Shown: in pieces, positions 1 through 11,200 of the stretch
How the letters are laid out: each line of letters begins with the position of its first letter
Position numbering within the stretch: position 1 is the stretch's first letter
Assembly: GCA_031399965.1 (NCBI GenBank)
Contig: JANNPH010000071.1
Location: 1-30,530, forward strand
Source: Gloeobacteraceae cyanobacterium SOY_34_metabat_159
GTDB lineage: Bacteria > Cyanobacteriota > Cyanobacteriia > Gloeobacterales > Gloeobacteraceae
Direction of reading: 5' to 3'
DNA: 30,530 bases
Notes under the pieces: model-generated
The model's database searches: none
What the model saw: the letters and a program-made list of their open reading frames with translations, nothing else
Told to the model about the DNA's origin: nothing
Position numbers and translations under genes: made by a program

Positions 1-2709
1 CTCGATCCGGTAGCCGCGAATTTTTGCCTGGCCGTCCGTGCGGCCCACGAACTCGATTGCCCCGTCCGCCCCGAAGCGCGCCAGGTCGCCGCTGCGGTAC
101 AGCCGTGCTCCCGGTTGCTCACTGTAAGGGTGCGGCACGAATTTCTCGGCCGTCAGACCGGCACGACCCAGGTAACCCCGCGCCAGTCCAGGACCGCCCA
201 GGTACAGCTCCCCGGCTACCCCGATGGGCACCGGCTGACCATTGCTGTCCAGGATATAGCTCTGGGCATTGGGGAGTGGGCGGCCGATCGGCAGGCCCTG
301 GGAGGCCGTGTCGATGCGGGCGGTGGCCGATAATTCGTGCATCGTCGCAGAAGCCGTGGCCTCGGTCGGGCCGTAGCTGTTGATTACGCGCGGGTGCAGG
401 CCCAGGTGCGACCGCCATAGCCGCAACCGCTCCGCGAGGGCCTGTTCGCCGCCGATCACCACCAGGCGCAACGACGGCGGGAAGCGGTGCCGTTCGCTGC
501 CCAGGTGGTTGGTCAATTCGTGCCAGTAGGCCGTCGGCAGGTTCAAGACGCTCAGCCGCCAGTCGCGGCATTTCTGCCAGAAACTTTGCGCCGACTGCAG
601 CATCGCTTCTGAGCGCAGCACCAGGGTCGCGCCGCTGGTGATGGTGGGGTAAATTTCCTCGGCGCTGTGGTCAAAGCTAATGGACACGAACTGCAGCACC
701 CGGTCTGCGGGCGTCAGTGCAAATTTCGCCCGAATTGACGCGATGTGGTTGACGACCGAGCGGTGCTGGGTCAGCACGCCCTTGGGCCTGCCCGTCGAGC
801 CGGAAGTGTAGATGACGTAAGCCAGGTGGTCGGCAGTCGTCACTGTGGGTAGATTCTCCGCGTCCCCAGGCGCGGCAAATTCTTCTAGAAAGAGCACCGG
901 CGTCCCGGTAGGCGGCAGGAGGGTTGGGGCCAGGTGGGCCTGGGTGAGTAGCACCGACACCTGGGCGTCCGCGAGGATAAACGCCAGCCGCTCGGCGGGA
1001 TAGGCCGGGTCGAGGGGCACGTAAGCCCCGCCCGCCTTCAAGACCGCGAGCATGGCGATCACGATCAGGGGCGAGCGCTCCACGCACAGCCCGACCAGTG
1101 TCTCAGCCCCGACGCCCAGTGCCCGCAGGCGGTGGGCGAGCCGGTTGGCCCGGACGTTCAGCTCCCGGTAGCTCAATTGCTCGTCTTCGTAGACGAGCGC
1201 CGTGGCGTCGGGGGTGAACGCCGCCTGTTGCTCGAAAAGGATGTGCAGGCAGGTATCCGGGTAGGGACTGGCAGTCGCGTTCAATTCGACCAGCACCAGT
1301 TGCCGTTCGGCCTCGGCCAGGAGCGGCAAGCGCGAGAGCTGCGCCTGCGGGCAATCGACGATCCCGGCAATCAGCGTCTGGAAGTGGCCGGCCAGGCGGG
1401 CAATCGTCTCCGACTCAAAGAGGTCTGTGTTGTATTCGAAGAAGCCGACCAGCCGCTGGTCGTACTCGTACAGCGACAGGCTCAAATCGAGTTTCGCCGT
1501 GCCGTTGTGGGCATCGAGGAGCGACAGGGCCGCCTCCGACGCAGCCTCCGGTCCGAGGAAGTTCTGCATGTCGAAGCCGACCTGGAAGAGCAGGTTGCGG
1601 CTCGCGTCCGGTTCCAGCCGCAGGGCCTTGACGAGCTTTTCAAAGGGCAGATCCTGGTGCTCGTAGGCTTCCAGGCTCACCTCGCGCGTGTTCGTGAGCA
1701 ACTCACTAAAACTGACATCCCCCGACAGGTCGAGGCGGATTGGAATCGTGTTGGAAAAAGGACCGATGAGCCCCCAGAAATCGCTGTTTTCACGGTTGGC
1801 GAAATTGGTGCCGATTACCAGGTCGGTGTCGCCGCTGTAGCGGTGGAGCAAGACACCGAAGGCCGCCATTAGCGCCATGAAGGGTGTCGCCCCGGCGCGC
1901 TGGGCAAGTGCCTTGAGCGCTGCTGTCACCGGCTGCGACAATTCCAGCGGCTGGCTTGCTCCCCGGAAAGTCTGGATGGCCGGGCGCGGGCGATCGGTCG
2001 GTAGGGCCAGGGAGCACGGTGCCCCCTGCAGGCGCGCTTTCCAGTAGGCCAGGTGGGTTTCGAGGGCCTCGCCCCGGACGCGTTCGTGCTGCCAGCGCAC
2101 GAAGTCAAGATACTGTGCCGGCCGCCCGGTAGAAGGCGGATAGCCGTCCGCGTCGTAGACCTTGCTCAGTTCGCGCAGGAGCACTCCTGTGGACCAGCCG
2201 TCGAAGACGATGTGGTGGACGACCACGATCAGCACGTAGCGCACTTCCCCCAGGCGCAGCAGGTGGGCGCGCAGGAGCGGGGCGCAGGCGAGGTCGAAGG
2301 GGATCTGAGCCTGGGCCTGGGCCAGCCTTTGCACCTGGGTTTTCCAGTCGGCCTCCAGTTGGTTTCGCAGATCTGTGGTCGATAGCGCCACCGTGAGAGC
2401 AGGTACCACCGTCTGCATGGGTTGTGCACCGACGAGCTCGAAAGTCGACCGCAGCACCTGATGGCGTTGCAGGACGGCGTTGAGGGAGCGCTCCAGCCGC
2501 TTGGGACAGACCTCGGCGTTGACGCAAAAGATCAGCGGTATGTTGAACGCGGTGCTCTCGGGGTCCAGTTGCTGCAAGAACCAGAGGCGTTGCTGGCTGG
2601 AGGACAGGGCCGATTGCTTCGGCTCCGCTGCTTTCTCGCGCAGTAGCTGTGCCAGGGCCAGCCGTTTTTGTTCGCTCGTGAGGCGGTTCGGATCGATATT
2701 CGTAGTCAT
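1..2709 (-). CDS. Non-ribosomal peptide synthetase, N-terminal part (condensation domain then adenylation domain); the 3' end lies beyond the left window edge
   Basis: This ORF is absent from the supplied track because no stop codon lies in the window. My own translation of the minus strand from ATG 2709 is open through base 1 (903 codons, frame checked). The C-domain core is VHHIVFDGWS (about 2190-2225). The A-domain cores are LAYVIYTSGSTGRPKG (about 781-830), NSYGPTEAT, GELYLGGPGLARGY, YRSGDLAR, and GRTDGQAKIRGYRIE at bases 1-45. Confidence 0.9.
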   Translation of the reverse strand, partial: MTTNIDPNRLTSEQKRLALAQLLREKAAEPKQSALSSSQQRLWFLQQLDPESTAFNIPLIFCVNAEVCPKRLERSLNAVLQRHQVLRSTFELVGAQPMQTVVPALTVALSTTDLRNQLEADWKTQVQRLAQAQAQIPFDLACAPLLRAHLLRLGEVRYVLIVVVHHIVFDGWSTGVLLRELSKVYDADGYPPSTGRPAQYLDFVRWQHERVRGEALETHLAYWKARLQGAPCSLALPTDRPRPAIQTFRGASQPLELSQPVTAALKALAQRAGATPFMALMAAFGVLLHRYSGDTDLVIGTNFANRENSDFWGLIGPFSNTIPIRLDLSGDVSFSELLTNTREVSLEAYEHQDLPFEKLVKALRLEPDASRNLLFQVGFDMQNFLGPEAASEAALSLLDAHNGTAKLDLSLSLYEYDQRLVGFFEYNTDLFESETIARLAGHFQTLIAGIVDCPQAQLSRLPLLAEAERQLVLVELNATASPYPDTCLHILFEQQAAFTPDATALVYEDEQLSYRELNVRANRLAHRLRALGVGAETLVGLCVERSPLIVIAMLAVLKAGGAYVPLDPAYPAERLAFILADAQVSVLLTQAHLAPTLLPPTGTPVLFLEEFAAPGDAENLPTVTTADHLAYVIYTSGSTGRPKGVLTQHRSVVNHIASIRAKFALTPADRVLQFVSISFDHSAEEIYPTITSGATLVLRSEAMLQSAQSFWQKCRDWRLSVLNLPTAYWHELTNHLGSERHRFPPSLRLVVIGGEQALAERLRLWRSHLGLHPRVINSYGPTEATASATMHELSATARIDTASQGLPIGRPLPNAQSYILDSNGQPVPIGVAGELYLGGPGLARGYLGRAGLTAEKFVPHPYSEQPGARLYRSGDLARFGADGAIEFVGRTDGQAKIRGYRIE

Positions 2710-2748
2710 CGCCGGCAAGTCCAGGAGAATGAAAAGTCAGAGTGGGTT

Positions 2749-3501
2749 TCAACCGAGGTGGGGCTGCAGCGCTTCTGCGATTGATTCGAGCAGTAGCGGT
2801 TGCGCCGAGCGCAAGAAGAAGTGATCGCCCGGGAACATCTGGAGACAGAAGCGTTCGCTCGTCTGGCCGCGCCAGGCTTCGAGGCGGTCGCAGCCCACTT
2901 TGCCGTCTTGGAGACCCCCGAAGACCGAGATCGGGCAGGCGAGTGGAGCAGCGTTGCGGTAGAAGTAGGTCTCGTAGAGCGTGAAATCGGCCCGCAACAC
3001 TGGCAGCATCAGTTGCATCAATTCTTCGTTTTGCAACACTTCTTTGGGGATGCCGTTGAGCGCGCAGAGCCTTTTGAGAAAACTGTCGTCGGATAGAGCG
3101 TTCAGCGGCTGTAGTTCGGGAGTCTGGGGGGCACCGGCCGCCGAGGCGAATAGATGCACCGGACCCGGCCCGGATCTGCGCAGGGCGCGGGCCAGCTCAA
3201 AGCCCACGAGGGCACCCATGCTGTGGCCGAAAAAGGCGAAGGGCCGGTCGAGATAGGGCGGCAGGGCGGCGGCAAGCGACGCGACGAGCGCTTTTAGGTC
3301 GCAGCAGGCGGGCTCGTCGAGCCGGTTCTCGCGGCCGGGGTACTGGATTGCACAGACTTCGAGCGTTTCGGGCAACCCGGCAGGCCAGGTGCGGAAGACT
3401 GCTGCTCCCGAACCCGCGTAAGGAAAACAAAAAAGACGCAATTTTGCCCTCGGGTTCGGCCGGTGCAGGACGACCCAGGGATCGGTGACGGTTGGTGTCA
3501 T
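2749..3501 (-). CDS. Type II (editing) thioesterase, alpha/beta hydrolase
   Basis: The track ORF is 2749..3531, but its start is a TTG. The first ATG at 3501 gives MTPTVTDPW. Motifs are FCFPYAGSG, the nucleophile elbow GHSMG, and C-terminal GDHFF, typical of discrete TEII proteins in PKS/NRPS clusters. Start choice is uncertain (3501 vs 3531). Confidence 0.85.
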   Translation of the reverse strand: MTPTVTDPWVVLHRPNPRAKLRLFCFPYAGSGAAVFRTWPAGLPETLEVCAIQYPGRENRLDEPACCDLKALVASLAAALPPYLDRPFAFFGHSMGALVGFELARALRRSGPGPVHLFASAAGAPQTPELQPLNALSDDSFLKRLCALNGIPKEVLQNEELMQLMLPVLRADFTLYETYFYRNAAPLACPISVFGGLQDGKVGCDRLEAWRGQTSERFCLQMFPGDHFFLRSAQPLLLESIAEALQPHLG

Positions 3502-3553
3502 GGCGCAAATCCGTGCAGTAAAGCTGTGCAATGTGGATGGCGGTGGTCCCGGT

Positions 3554-5188
3554 TCAAGTTCTCTCGCAGGCCGCCGGATATTTTTGCTCGATGATCTTGC
3601 CGCTATCGAGCTTGATGATCTTGTCGGCGACGTCGTAGTAGAGGTCGTCGTGGCTGATCACCAGGACCATCTTTCCGCGGGCTTTCAATTCCGGCAGGAG
3701 TTGCAGGTAGAAAATCTCTTTGAAATAGGGGTCTTGATCGGCGGCCCACTCGTCGAAGACGTAGATGGGCCGGTCTTCGAGGTAGGCCGTCAGGAGCGCC
3801 AGCCGCTTGCGCTGGCCCTGGGACAAATTCGTCGTCGAGAAGACGCCGTCTTTAATCTGGACCTTGCTGGCAAGCTGCAACTTCTGGAGGTAATGCAGTG
3901 CCTGGGCGTCGAGGTCCGGGTTGTGCAGACCGACCAGGCTCTCGAAAAGATAAAAGTCGGAGAAGACGACCGAGAAGTGCTGGCGATAGTCGTCGCGGTT
4001 CTCGTCGTCGATGGGGCGTCCGTCCAGGCGCACTTCCCCGGTGTCGGGAGCATAGAGACCTGTAATCAACTTGACGAGGCTGCTCTTGCCGCTACCGTTG
4101 CCGCCGATGAGAAAAGTAATCTCCCCGGCCTTGCACTGCAGGTCGATCGGGCCGAGGGTGAAGTCGTGGTCCTCCTGCTCAGACCGGTAGGTATAGCGCA
4201 GTTTTTTCAGTTCGAGCGTCCGGCCATTGACCGTGGCCGGTATCGCCTTGTCCTCACGAATCGTCGGCGTCAGCGACAGGCCCAGGGATTCGAGTTTCTC
4301 AAGGGCGATGGTCGCCCGGCGAAACGAAGGGAACGTGCCGACCAGGTACGAGAGGGGGGCGTTCATGTAGATCACGATGAGCGTGAAGCCGGTCAGCACC
4401 TGCGGGTCGAAGCGGCCAAATCCCGGCGCGGCGAACAAAATCAAGCCAATTAACACGAAGTAGAGCGCCTGGCCGTAGCTGTTGGCGAGGGCGAAGATGC
4501 TCTGGCAGGTAAAGGCCAGTTTGCGCATGGTGAGGGCGGTCGGCTGCAGGACGCCCGAGAAGAAAAATTCCCGCCGCTGCCGGTGCAGTCTCAGTTCTTT
4601 GCTGCCGTGAATCAGGGTCTGGTAACCGCCGATCAGCACGTCCCAGGTCTCGCGGGTCGAGACCAGGTAAGTCCGGGCGCGGCGCTCGATGGCTTCGTGG
4701 GTGAGCGTGCCGAGGGCGACGAAGGCGATCAACGCGAGGGCCAGTAGCGGTGAAAGCCAGAGCAAGTAGCCCAGGCAGCAGATGAAAATCGCCAGATTGA
4801 CGCAAAAGAGCGGGAAATCCGCCAGGGTCGTCGTGATCGTGAGCACGTCCTCGGTCAGCGCGGCCAGCAACCGGTTGGAGCCCAGGCCCTCAAGGCGCTG
4901 GAAGGAAGTCGAGAGGATCTGCCGACACAGGTGCAGGCGCATTTCGAGGATGGCCTGGGTCGAGAGGTTCAACAGCAACACCCGCGAGCTGTAGTTGAGC
5001 ACGAGGACGAGGGCGGTGACAGCAAAGAAAGTGACGATGCTGGCGGTGGTGGCCGGTCCCGTACCCGCGAGCTCCCGGTTGATGAGCGCGACGAGCGAGG
5101 CACTGGCCAGACCGCTGCTCACCCCGGCCAGGATGGCAAAGGCGGTCGTGGTCTTCGAGAAGCGGAGCAAAAACAAAAGCATCTTCAT
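3554..5188 (-). CDS. ABC exporter, fused TMD-NBD, cyclic-peptide (SyrD/YojI-like) transporter family
   Basis: The track ORF 3554..5869 overlaps the PKS 3' end with an Arg/Pro-rich extension that is not credible. In-frame ATG 5188 (MKMLLFLLRF..., AAGGA about 10 nt upstream) starts the hydrophobic TMD. Motifs are Walker A GGNGSGKSS, signature LSQGQRKRL, and Walker B IYVFDEWAADQDP. Confidence 0.9.
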   Translation of the reverse strand: MKMLLFLLRFSKTTTAFAILAGVSSGLASASLVALINRELAGTGPATTASIVTFFAVTALVLVLNYSSRVLLLNLSTQAILEMRLHLCRQILSTSFQRLEGLGSNRLLAALTEDVLTITTTLADFPLFCVNLAIFICCLGYLLWLSPLLALALIAFVALGTLTHEAIERRARTYLVSTRETWDVLIGGYQTLIHGSKELRLHRQRREFFFSGVLQPTALTMRKLAFTCQSIFALANSYGQALYFVLIGLILFAAPGFGRFDPQVLTGFTLIVIYMNAPLSYLVGTFPSFRRATIALEKLESLGLSLTPTIREDKAIPATVNGRTLELKKLRYTYRSEQEDHDFTLGPIDLQCKAGEITFLIGGNGSGKSSLVKLITGLYAPDTGEVRLDGRPIDDENRDDYRQHFSVVFSDFYLFESLVGLHNPDLDAQALHYLQKLQLASKVQIKDGVFSTTNLSQGQRKRLALLTAYLEDRPIYVFDEWAADQDPYFKEIFYLQLLPELKARGKMVLVISHDDLYYDVADKIIKLDSGKIIEQKYPAACERT

Positions 5189-5259
5189 AGGGGACTGTCC
5201 TTGGTGGCGGTGAACACCGGCTGGTGGACCCGCCCGGCCGCCGGGGCCGGGCAGGCCGC

Positions 5260-8200
5260 TCATTCCTCGGCGAGGATCGAATTGAGCAACCGGTGGACTT
5301 GCTCGTCTGAGAGTTGTTCGAGTTCGCCGAGCAGTGCCTCGGCCTGGTCGCTGTCGAGCACTTCGACCGGAGCCGGAAGCGCCGTGGCCGTGGGCGGGGC
5401 GACCAGTTTGCTCAGCAACTGTTCTGCCAGTTGGGCGATCGTGGGTCCGCGCAACAGGCTGGTGACGGAGACGAGGGTGCCGATTGCACTTTCGATCCGG
5501 TTTTTGACTTCGAGGGCCACCAGCGAATCGAGGCCCATCGCACTCAGCGACTGGTGATGGTCCACCCGCTCCGGGTCGAGCTGCAACACCTGGGCAATCG
5601 CCCGAGTGAGGCGGGATTCGAGGACGGCGCACCGCTCGTCGGGCGGTAGGGCTGCGAGCGCCTCGGCGGTCAGCGGCCCGCTTGCCTGGGCCGGGGGGTC
5701 GTGACGTTCTACGAGACAACTGAAGTACGGACTGTCGCAGACAACCGGGTGATAGCGATACCACATCCGCCAGTCGATCGGGATGACCCCAACCTGAGGC
5801 TCCTCCTGACCGAGTAGCGCTTCGAGGGCGTCGAGTCCCTTCTCGGACGACACGCCGCCCAGCCCCCACTCCTCCAGGCGCTCCTGCGCGTTTTCGTTGA
5901 CCACCATGCCGACTTCGCTCCAGGGTCCCCAGCAGACGCTCAAAGCTGGCTGGCCCTGGGCTTTGCGGTGGTGAGCCAGTGCGTCCAGGAAGGCGTTGGC
6001 GGCCGCGTAGTTGCCCTGGCCGGGCGAACCGAACAGCGAGGCAAGAGAGGCATAGACGACGAAGAAGTCGAGGGGCGTATTGGCCGTGTGCACGTGCAGG
6101 TTCCAGGCACCATTCACTTTCGAGTGCATCACTGCGCGGAAGCGCTCCTCGTCCATTTGCAACAAGAAGCCGTTGGCAAGGACGCCGGCCGCGTGCACGA
6201 TGCCCCGCAAGGGCGGCATCGAGGCACCCAGGCAGTTGAGCACGTCGGCCACCTCCTGATCCCGGCCGATGTCCGCCTGGATCACCCGGACCTCGGCGCC
6301 TGCGGCGCGCATGCGGTCGATTGCCTGCTGGGCCGCCGGGTTGGGGCCGCGCCGGCCCAGCAGGGCCAGGTGGCGGGCACCGCGCTTGACGAGGCGCTCG
6401 GCCAGGGACCAGCCCAGACCACCCAGACCGCCGGTAATCAAGTACGTGCCATCAGGTTGCAGGCTTGCTGCTCCGGCGGCCGGTTCGCTCAGCACCAGCG
6501 CCAGGCAGGTGCCCGGAGTTTCAGGCTCGCTCAGGCGTTCGGCTTCCTGGAAGTTCACCGCCTGCACCGGTAAAGGCGCGTAGATCCCGGCCTCAAAGCA
6601 GCTCAGCACCTCGGTAAAGAGCACCCCGACTACTGCCGGGCGTTCGTGGATTAAAGTCTCCAACTCGACTGCAAAATGCGCCAGGTTGTTCTGGGTCGTG
6701 CCCGCGGCCGCCCCGCCGAGCCGGACGAAACGTCCGCAGGCGCCAAGCGTCCGCGCACTGCGGCGGGCACTCGTTCCGGGTCGGCAGCTCAAGACGACAT
6801 CCATCGCCGCCCCCCCGGCAGCGGAACGCAGTTCGTCGCTAAAAGCCGGCGACTGCGAATCGAACATGCCCTCGGTGCCAGGAGCGGGCAACGGGGTCGC
6901 CGCTGCGGCAAAGACCGTCGCCCCACGCCGCCGGGCTACGTGCACGGCGGCAAGACCGACGGCAGTATCGGCCCCGTCCACGAGCAGGCGCTCGCCCGCC
7001 ACGATCCGCGCCAACCCGTCCAGGGCGTGGTGGGCAATCAAGAAGGCCACAGGCGCTGTCGCCGCCTGCTCGAAACTCCAGTGAATCGGCTTTGGAGCGG
7101 CCAGGGCGGCGGGCACGATCAAGAAGGGGACGACCGGGCCGGGAGCGATTGCCATGACAGCATCTCCCGGTGCAAAGCCGCTCACTCCCTCGCCGATCGC
7201 CGCAATGTAACCCGCCCAACCCTGGGCCAGTTTGAGCGTACTGCCGTCCGGCCCGCGCTTCAGGCTGACCGCACGCACCTGCAACTCGATCTGTCCGGGG
7301 CCTGGAGCCTGCCGGGCTGCCGAGCCGAACAAATCGGCCAGGGCTGCCGGGGCCGCAGGACCCGTCTCGGGTGGCGCGTGGCGTACGAGACGGGCTACGT
7401 AGCGGTGCGGACCGCGCAGGGCGACTTGATCGTCGCGCTCGCTCGACCAGCACTCCTCAAATAGAGACTGGATCTCCGCCGGGGTGCTCTGGGGGCTCAA
7501 ATCGATCGCAGTGAAACCGAGTTCGGGGTGTTCGAAGGGCATCGCTTTGCCCAGGCCCCAGAGGGGCGACTGGGCGATTGCCACGGCCCCGGTGTCTCCT
7601 TCCACCCGCTGTACCGAGCGCGTCACCGCCCGCAACCGGGGCATCTGCTCCAACCCGGCTGCGGCCAGGGCCTGGATCAAGTGCAGGATGCTGACGCAGC
7701 CCAGGGTCTGGGCCGCTTCGATGGACTGCATCGTGGTCGTCTCACCTGGGGATGCGTCAAGGCTCCAGAGGTGGATGATGCCCCGGCAGGCCGGTTTCGC
7801 TTTGTCGAGGGCTATAGCGATCAGGCGGTGCATGTCCTCGCTGCGGGCGGGGTCGATGCAGAAGTAGGCTTCGCCCAACTGCGCGTACTCCCGTCCGTGG
7901 ACGACCAGCACGCAGCGCTCTCCCCGAGCACGCAGGCGGGCGGCCAGGGCTTCTCCGGTGCTGCCGGTGTCGCCGAAGATGAGCCAGCTGCCACTTTTGC
8001 GCTCGTTTGGCCGCTCGGCCGGGCGCTCCCTGGGCTGCCATTCACTCCGGTAAAGCCAGTCCTCCCAGTGGGTGGGAATGCCCGAGGCCTCGGACCGGGC
8101 GGGCTGGAGGCGCACACCTTCGAGCTGGGCAATGGGCGTGCCGTCCTCGTCAAAGCAGTGCACGTCGCCGCGCGGCGTCGCCTCGCCCGGCTCAGCCCAG

Positions 8201-11200
8201 GTGCGCAGGCGGGCGTAGACCCAGACAGTCTCGCCGGGTGCAGTAAAAAGGCGAGCCCGCTCGATCTGGTCGGCAACGAGGGGCACCGCTTTTTCGCCCC
8301 GCGCCGCGATCAGCAGCTGCTGACCGGCTTCGAATAGCGCCGGGCTGAGACTATCCGGCGGCAATTGCACCCGGCCGAGGGCAGCACCGTCTCCCCGCCA
8401 CAACTGATCGAGGTTCTGTAGGGGTGAGCCGTAGTCGAGCCCACCGCCACTCAGCCGGTCATAAAATTCACTGGCGACCAGTTCCTGATTGCAGGCGGCC
8501 TGCAGCCTGGCGAGGGATGTGGGTGATGCTGTGCCCGAGTCGGCGCGTTCGATCGTGCCGGTGGCCCGCAACGTCCAGGCCGGGTCGCCCGCGATCTGGG
8601 TGTAGAAGTGCACGATTGCCCCGCTGTCCCCGGCCGCCGACAGGACTACCTGCAGCAGCGGCGAAGCTTCCGGCGCAAAGCGCAGCGATTCAGAAATCTC
8701 CAGATTCGTCAGTTGCCAGCTGCCCGCCCCGAGGCCACGCTCGGCGGCCGCCAGGGCGAGTTCGATGAAAGTAGCGGCGCTCAGCAAGATCTGGCCCTCC
8801 ACGCGACAGGCACCGATCAGGGGTGAGGAGCTGTCGAGGGGCAGCTGCCAGGTCGGTTGGGCGAGGGGCAACCGCCGACTCAGCAGCGGATGGTTGTCGG
8901 CCGTCGCCTGCATTGCCACACCCGCCTGGCCACCGGACGGGAGCATGTCAAGCCACAGGCGTTCGCGCTGCCAGGGATAGGAGGGTAATCGTACGCACTC
9001 GCCCTCAAATGGATAGAACTGCTGCCAGTCCACCTCGTAACCCTGGGTGTAGAGCGCGCCTAGCGACTGCAGCATCAGCGACTGCTCAGGTTCGTTGCGG
9101 CGCAAAGAAGGCAGCACCGTCGCCTGCATTTCCAGCGACTGCAACGTCTGGGTAATCACCCCGGAAAGCACCGGGTGCGGACCCAGTTCGACAAATAAGT
9201 TGTAGTCCTCGGCAGCCAGGGCAGCCAGGGCGTCGGCGAACCGAACCGCCTGGCGGACGTTGGCACCCCAGTAGGCCGCACCGAAGTCCTCGCCTCGGGC
9301 GGCATCACCACTCACCGTCGAGAAAATGGCAATCGAGGCGGCCTGGGGCTTTAAACCTGCCAGGGCTTCGATCAGGGCAATTTTGAAAGGCTCCATCTGG
9401 CTGCTGTGAAAGGCGTAGTTCACAGGCATCAGGCGGTGGTAAATCTCGGTTTCGGCCAGGCTCGCCACCAGGCGGTCAATGGCCTCGGGTTCGCCCGAGA
9501 TGACAACCGAGGTCGGACTGTTGACCGCAGCAATCGACAACCCCTCGCTGCCGGCCAGCAGCCGCTTCGCCTCGGGTTCACTCAATTCGGTGACGACCAT
9601 CTTGCCGTGGCCGGTCGCTTGCTGCATCAGGCGGCTGCGGTGGAAGACGACCGACACGGCCGCTTCGAGGTCGAGCGCCCCGGCAATATAGGCCGCGGCC
9701 ACTTCTCCGACACTGTGGCCGACCACCGCATCGGGAACGACACCCCAGGAGCGCCAGAGAGCGGCAAGGGCTACCTGGAGCGCAAAGAGCGCCGGCTGCG
9801 CCACTGCCGTTTCGTCCAGCCGCGAGGCCGACTGGGGTAGCGTCAGTTCGGCCTTCAGGGACCAGCCGGTGTACGGGGCAAGCAGCGCGTCACAGCGCTC
9901 GATTTCCCGGCAAAACACCGGTTCGCGCTCCAGTAGCTCGCGCCCCATCGCCCACCACTGCGGTCCCTGGCCGGGAAGGACGAACACCAGCCGCCGCCGA
10001 CCGGCGGCCCCCCGGCCGGGAGCGGTGCCGCCGCTTGCCTGGTCGATAAATTGCGAAAGTGCGCCCACCAGTTCGGCTGCACCCGTCCCGACCACGGCGA
10101 GGCGATGGTCGAGGTGTCCCCGGCGCCGACTGGCCGTGTAGCAGATATCCGAGAGCGAATCTTCGGTCTGACCGGCAAGAAAGTCGCGGTAGCGCTCCGC
10201 CAGACTGCTCAAAGCGGCCGGGCTACGGGTGGAGAGAGGCAGCACGAAAGGTCGGGCGCCGGTTTGCGGTCGCGGCCTTGGCGGCTGGGGGGGCGCTTCT
10301 TCGAGCACGATATGAATATTGGTGCCCCCGACGCCGAAGCCGTTGACGCCAACGAGGTTGGCCCGGTCCTTTTTCGGAAGCGGTCCGAGGGCCGTCTGGA
10401 CTCGCAAAGGGAGGCTATCGAAAGGAATGGCCGGGTTGGGTTCGTTGAAGTGCAGGCTGGCCGGGATCTGCCGGTGCTTGAGGACCAGGGCTGCTTTAAT
10501 TAAGCTCGCGATACCTGCGGCGGATTCCGAGTGTCCGATGTTGGTCTTCACCGAGGCCAGGGCGCAGTAGCTGCCCGGCGGCCGGTCGATGGCGAGCACC
10601 GCTCCCAGGGCATTGACCTCGATCGGGTCGCCCACGGGCGTGCCGGTGCCGTGGGCTTCGACAAAGTCGATTTGCCCCGGCGACACCCCGGCCAGGCGGC
10701 AGGCATCGAGGATGACCGCCTTCTGCGCTTCGCCGTTGGGTGCCGTTAGACCGTTGCTGCGTCCGTCCTGGTTAATCGCACTGCCGCGAATCACGGCGTA
10801 AACCGAATCGCCGTCCGCCAGGGCCTGCGCCAGGGGCTTCAGGACGACAACGCCGGCACCGTCGGCGCGGACGTAGCCATTGGCCCCGGCATCGAAGGAC
10901 CGGCAGCGTCCATCCGGCGACATCATGCCCGCTTTGCTGAGGGTCAGGGTAATCGACGGCGACAGTTGCAAATTGACGCCGCCCGCCAGGGCCAGGGTGG
11001 CCTGACCGTCCCAGATGCTGCGGCAGGCCAGGTGGACGGCGGTGAGCGCCGAGGAGCAGGCCGTATCGACGGCAAGCCCCGGCCCTCGGAAGTTATAGAA
11101 GTAGGAAATCCGTTTGAGCACCATGTTGAGAGCGGTGCCGACCCCGGAGTAGGCGTCTGTCAGCTCCATCGAGGAGAACTGGTTCATCCCGTAGTCGCTA

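Noticed and set aside
1-1500. An attempt to read the adenylation-domain specificity code (FDHSAEE.. gives D-H-..-E at the first positions)
   Set aside because: I cannot place the later pocket positions reliably without a computed alignment to GrsA-PheA, and the Lys517 region lies outside the window. I make no substrate call.
1132-1872. A 246-aa plus-strand ORF, together with the other plus and minus ORFs listed in 24-2824
   Set aside because: These are shadow ORFs of a high-GC region. The minus frame that translates into uninterrupted NRPS C and A domain motifs explains the whole interval.
3485-4453. A 322-aa plus-strand ORF antisense to the ABC exporter
   Set aside because: It carries no recognisable motifs and lies opposite a gene with clear Walker and signature motifs. 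It is a typical GC-rich antisense open frame.
3554-5869. A 771-aa version of the ABC exporter ORF, as listed in the track
   Set aside because: The first 227 residues are Arg/Pro/Gly-rich low-complexity sequence lying antisense-frame over the PKS 3' end (5260-5869). The hydrophobic transporter sequence starts at the internal ATG 5188, which has its own SD.
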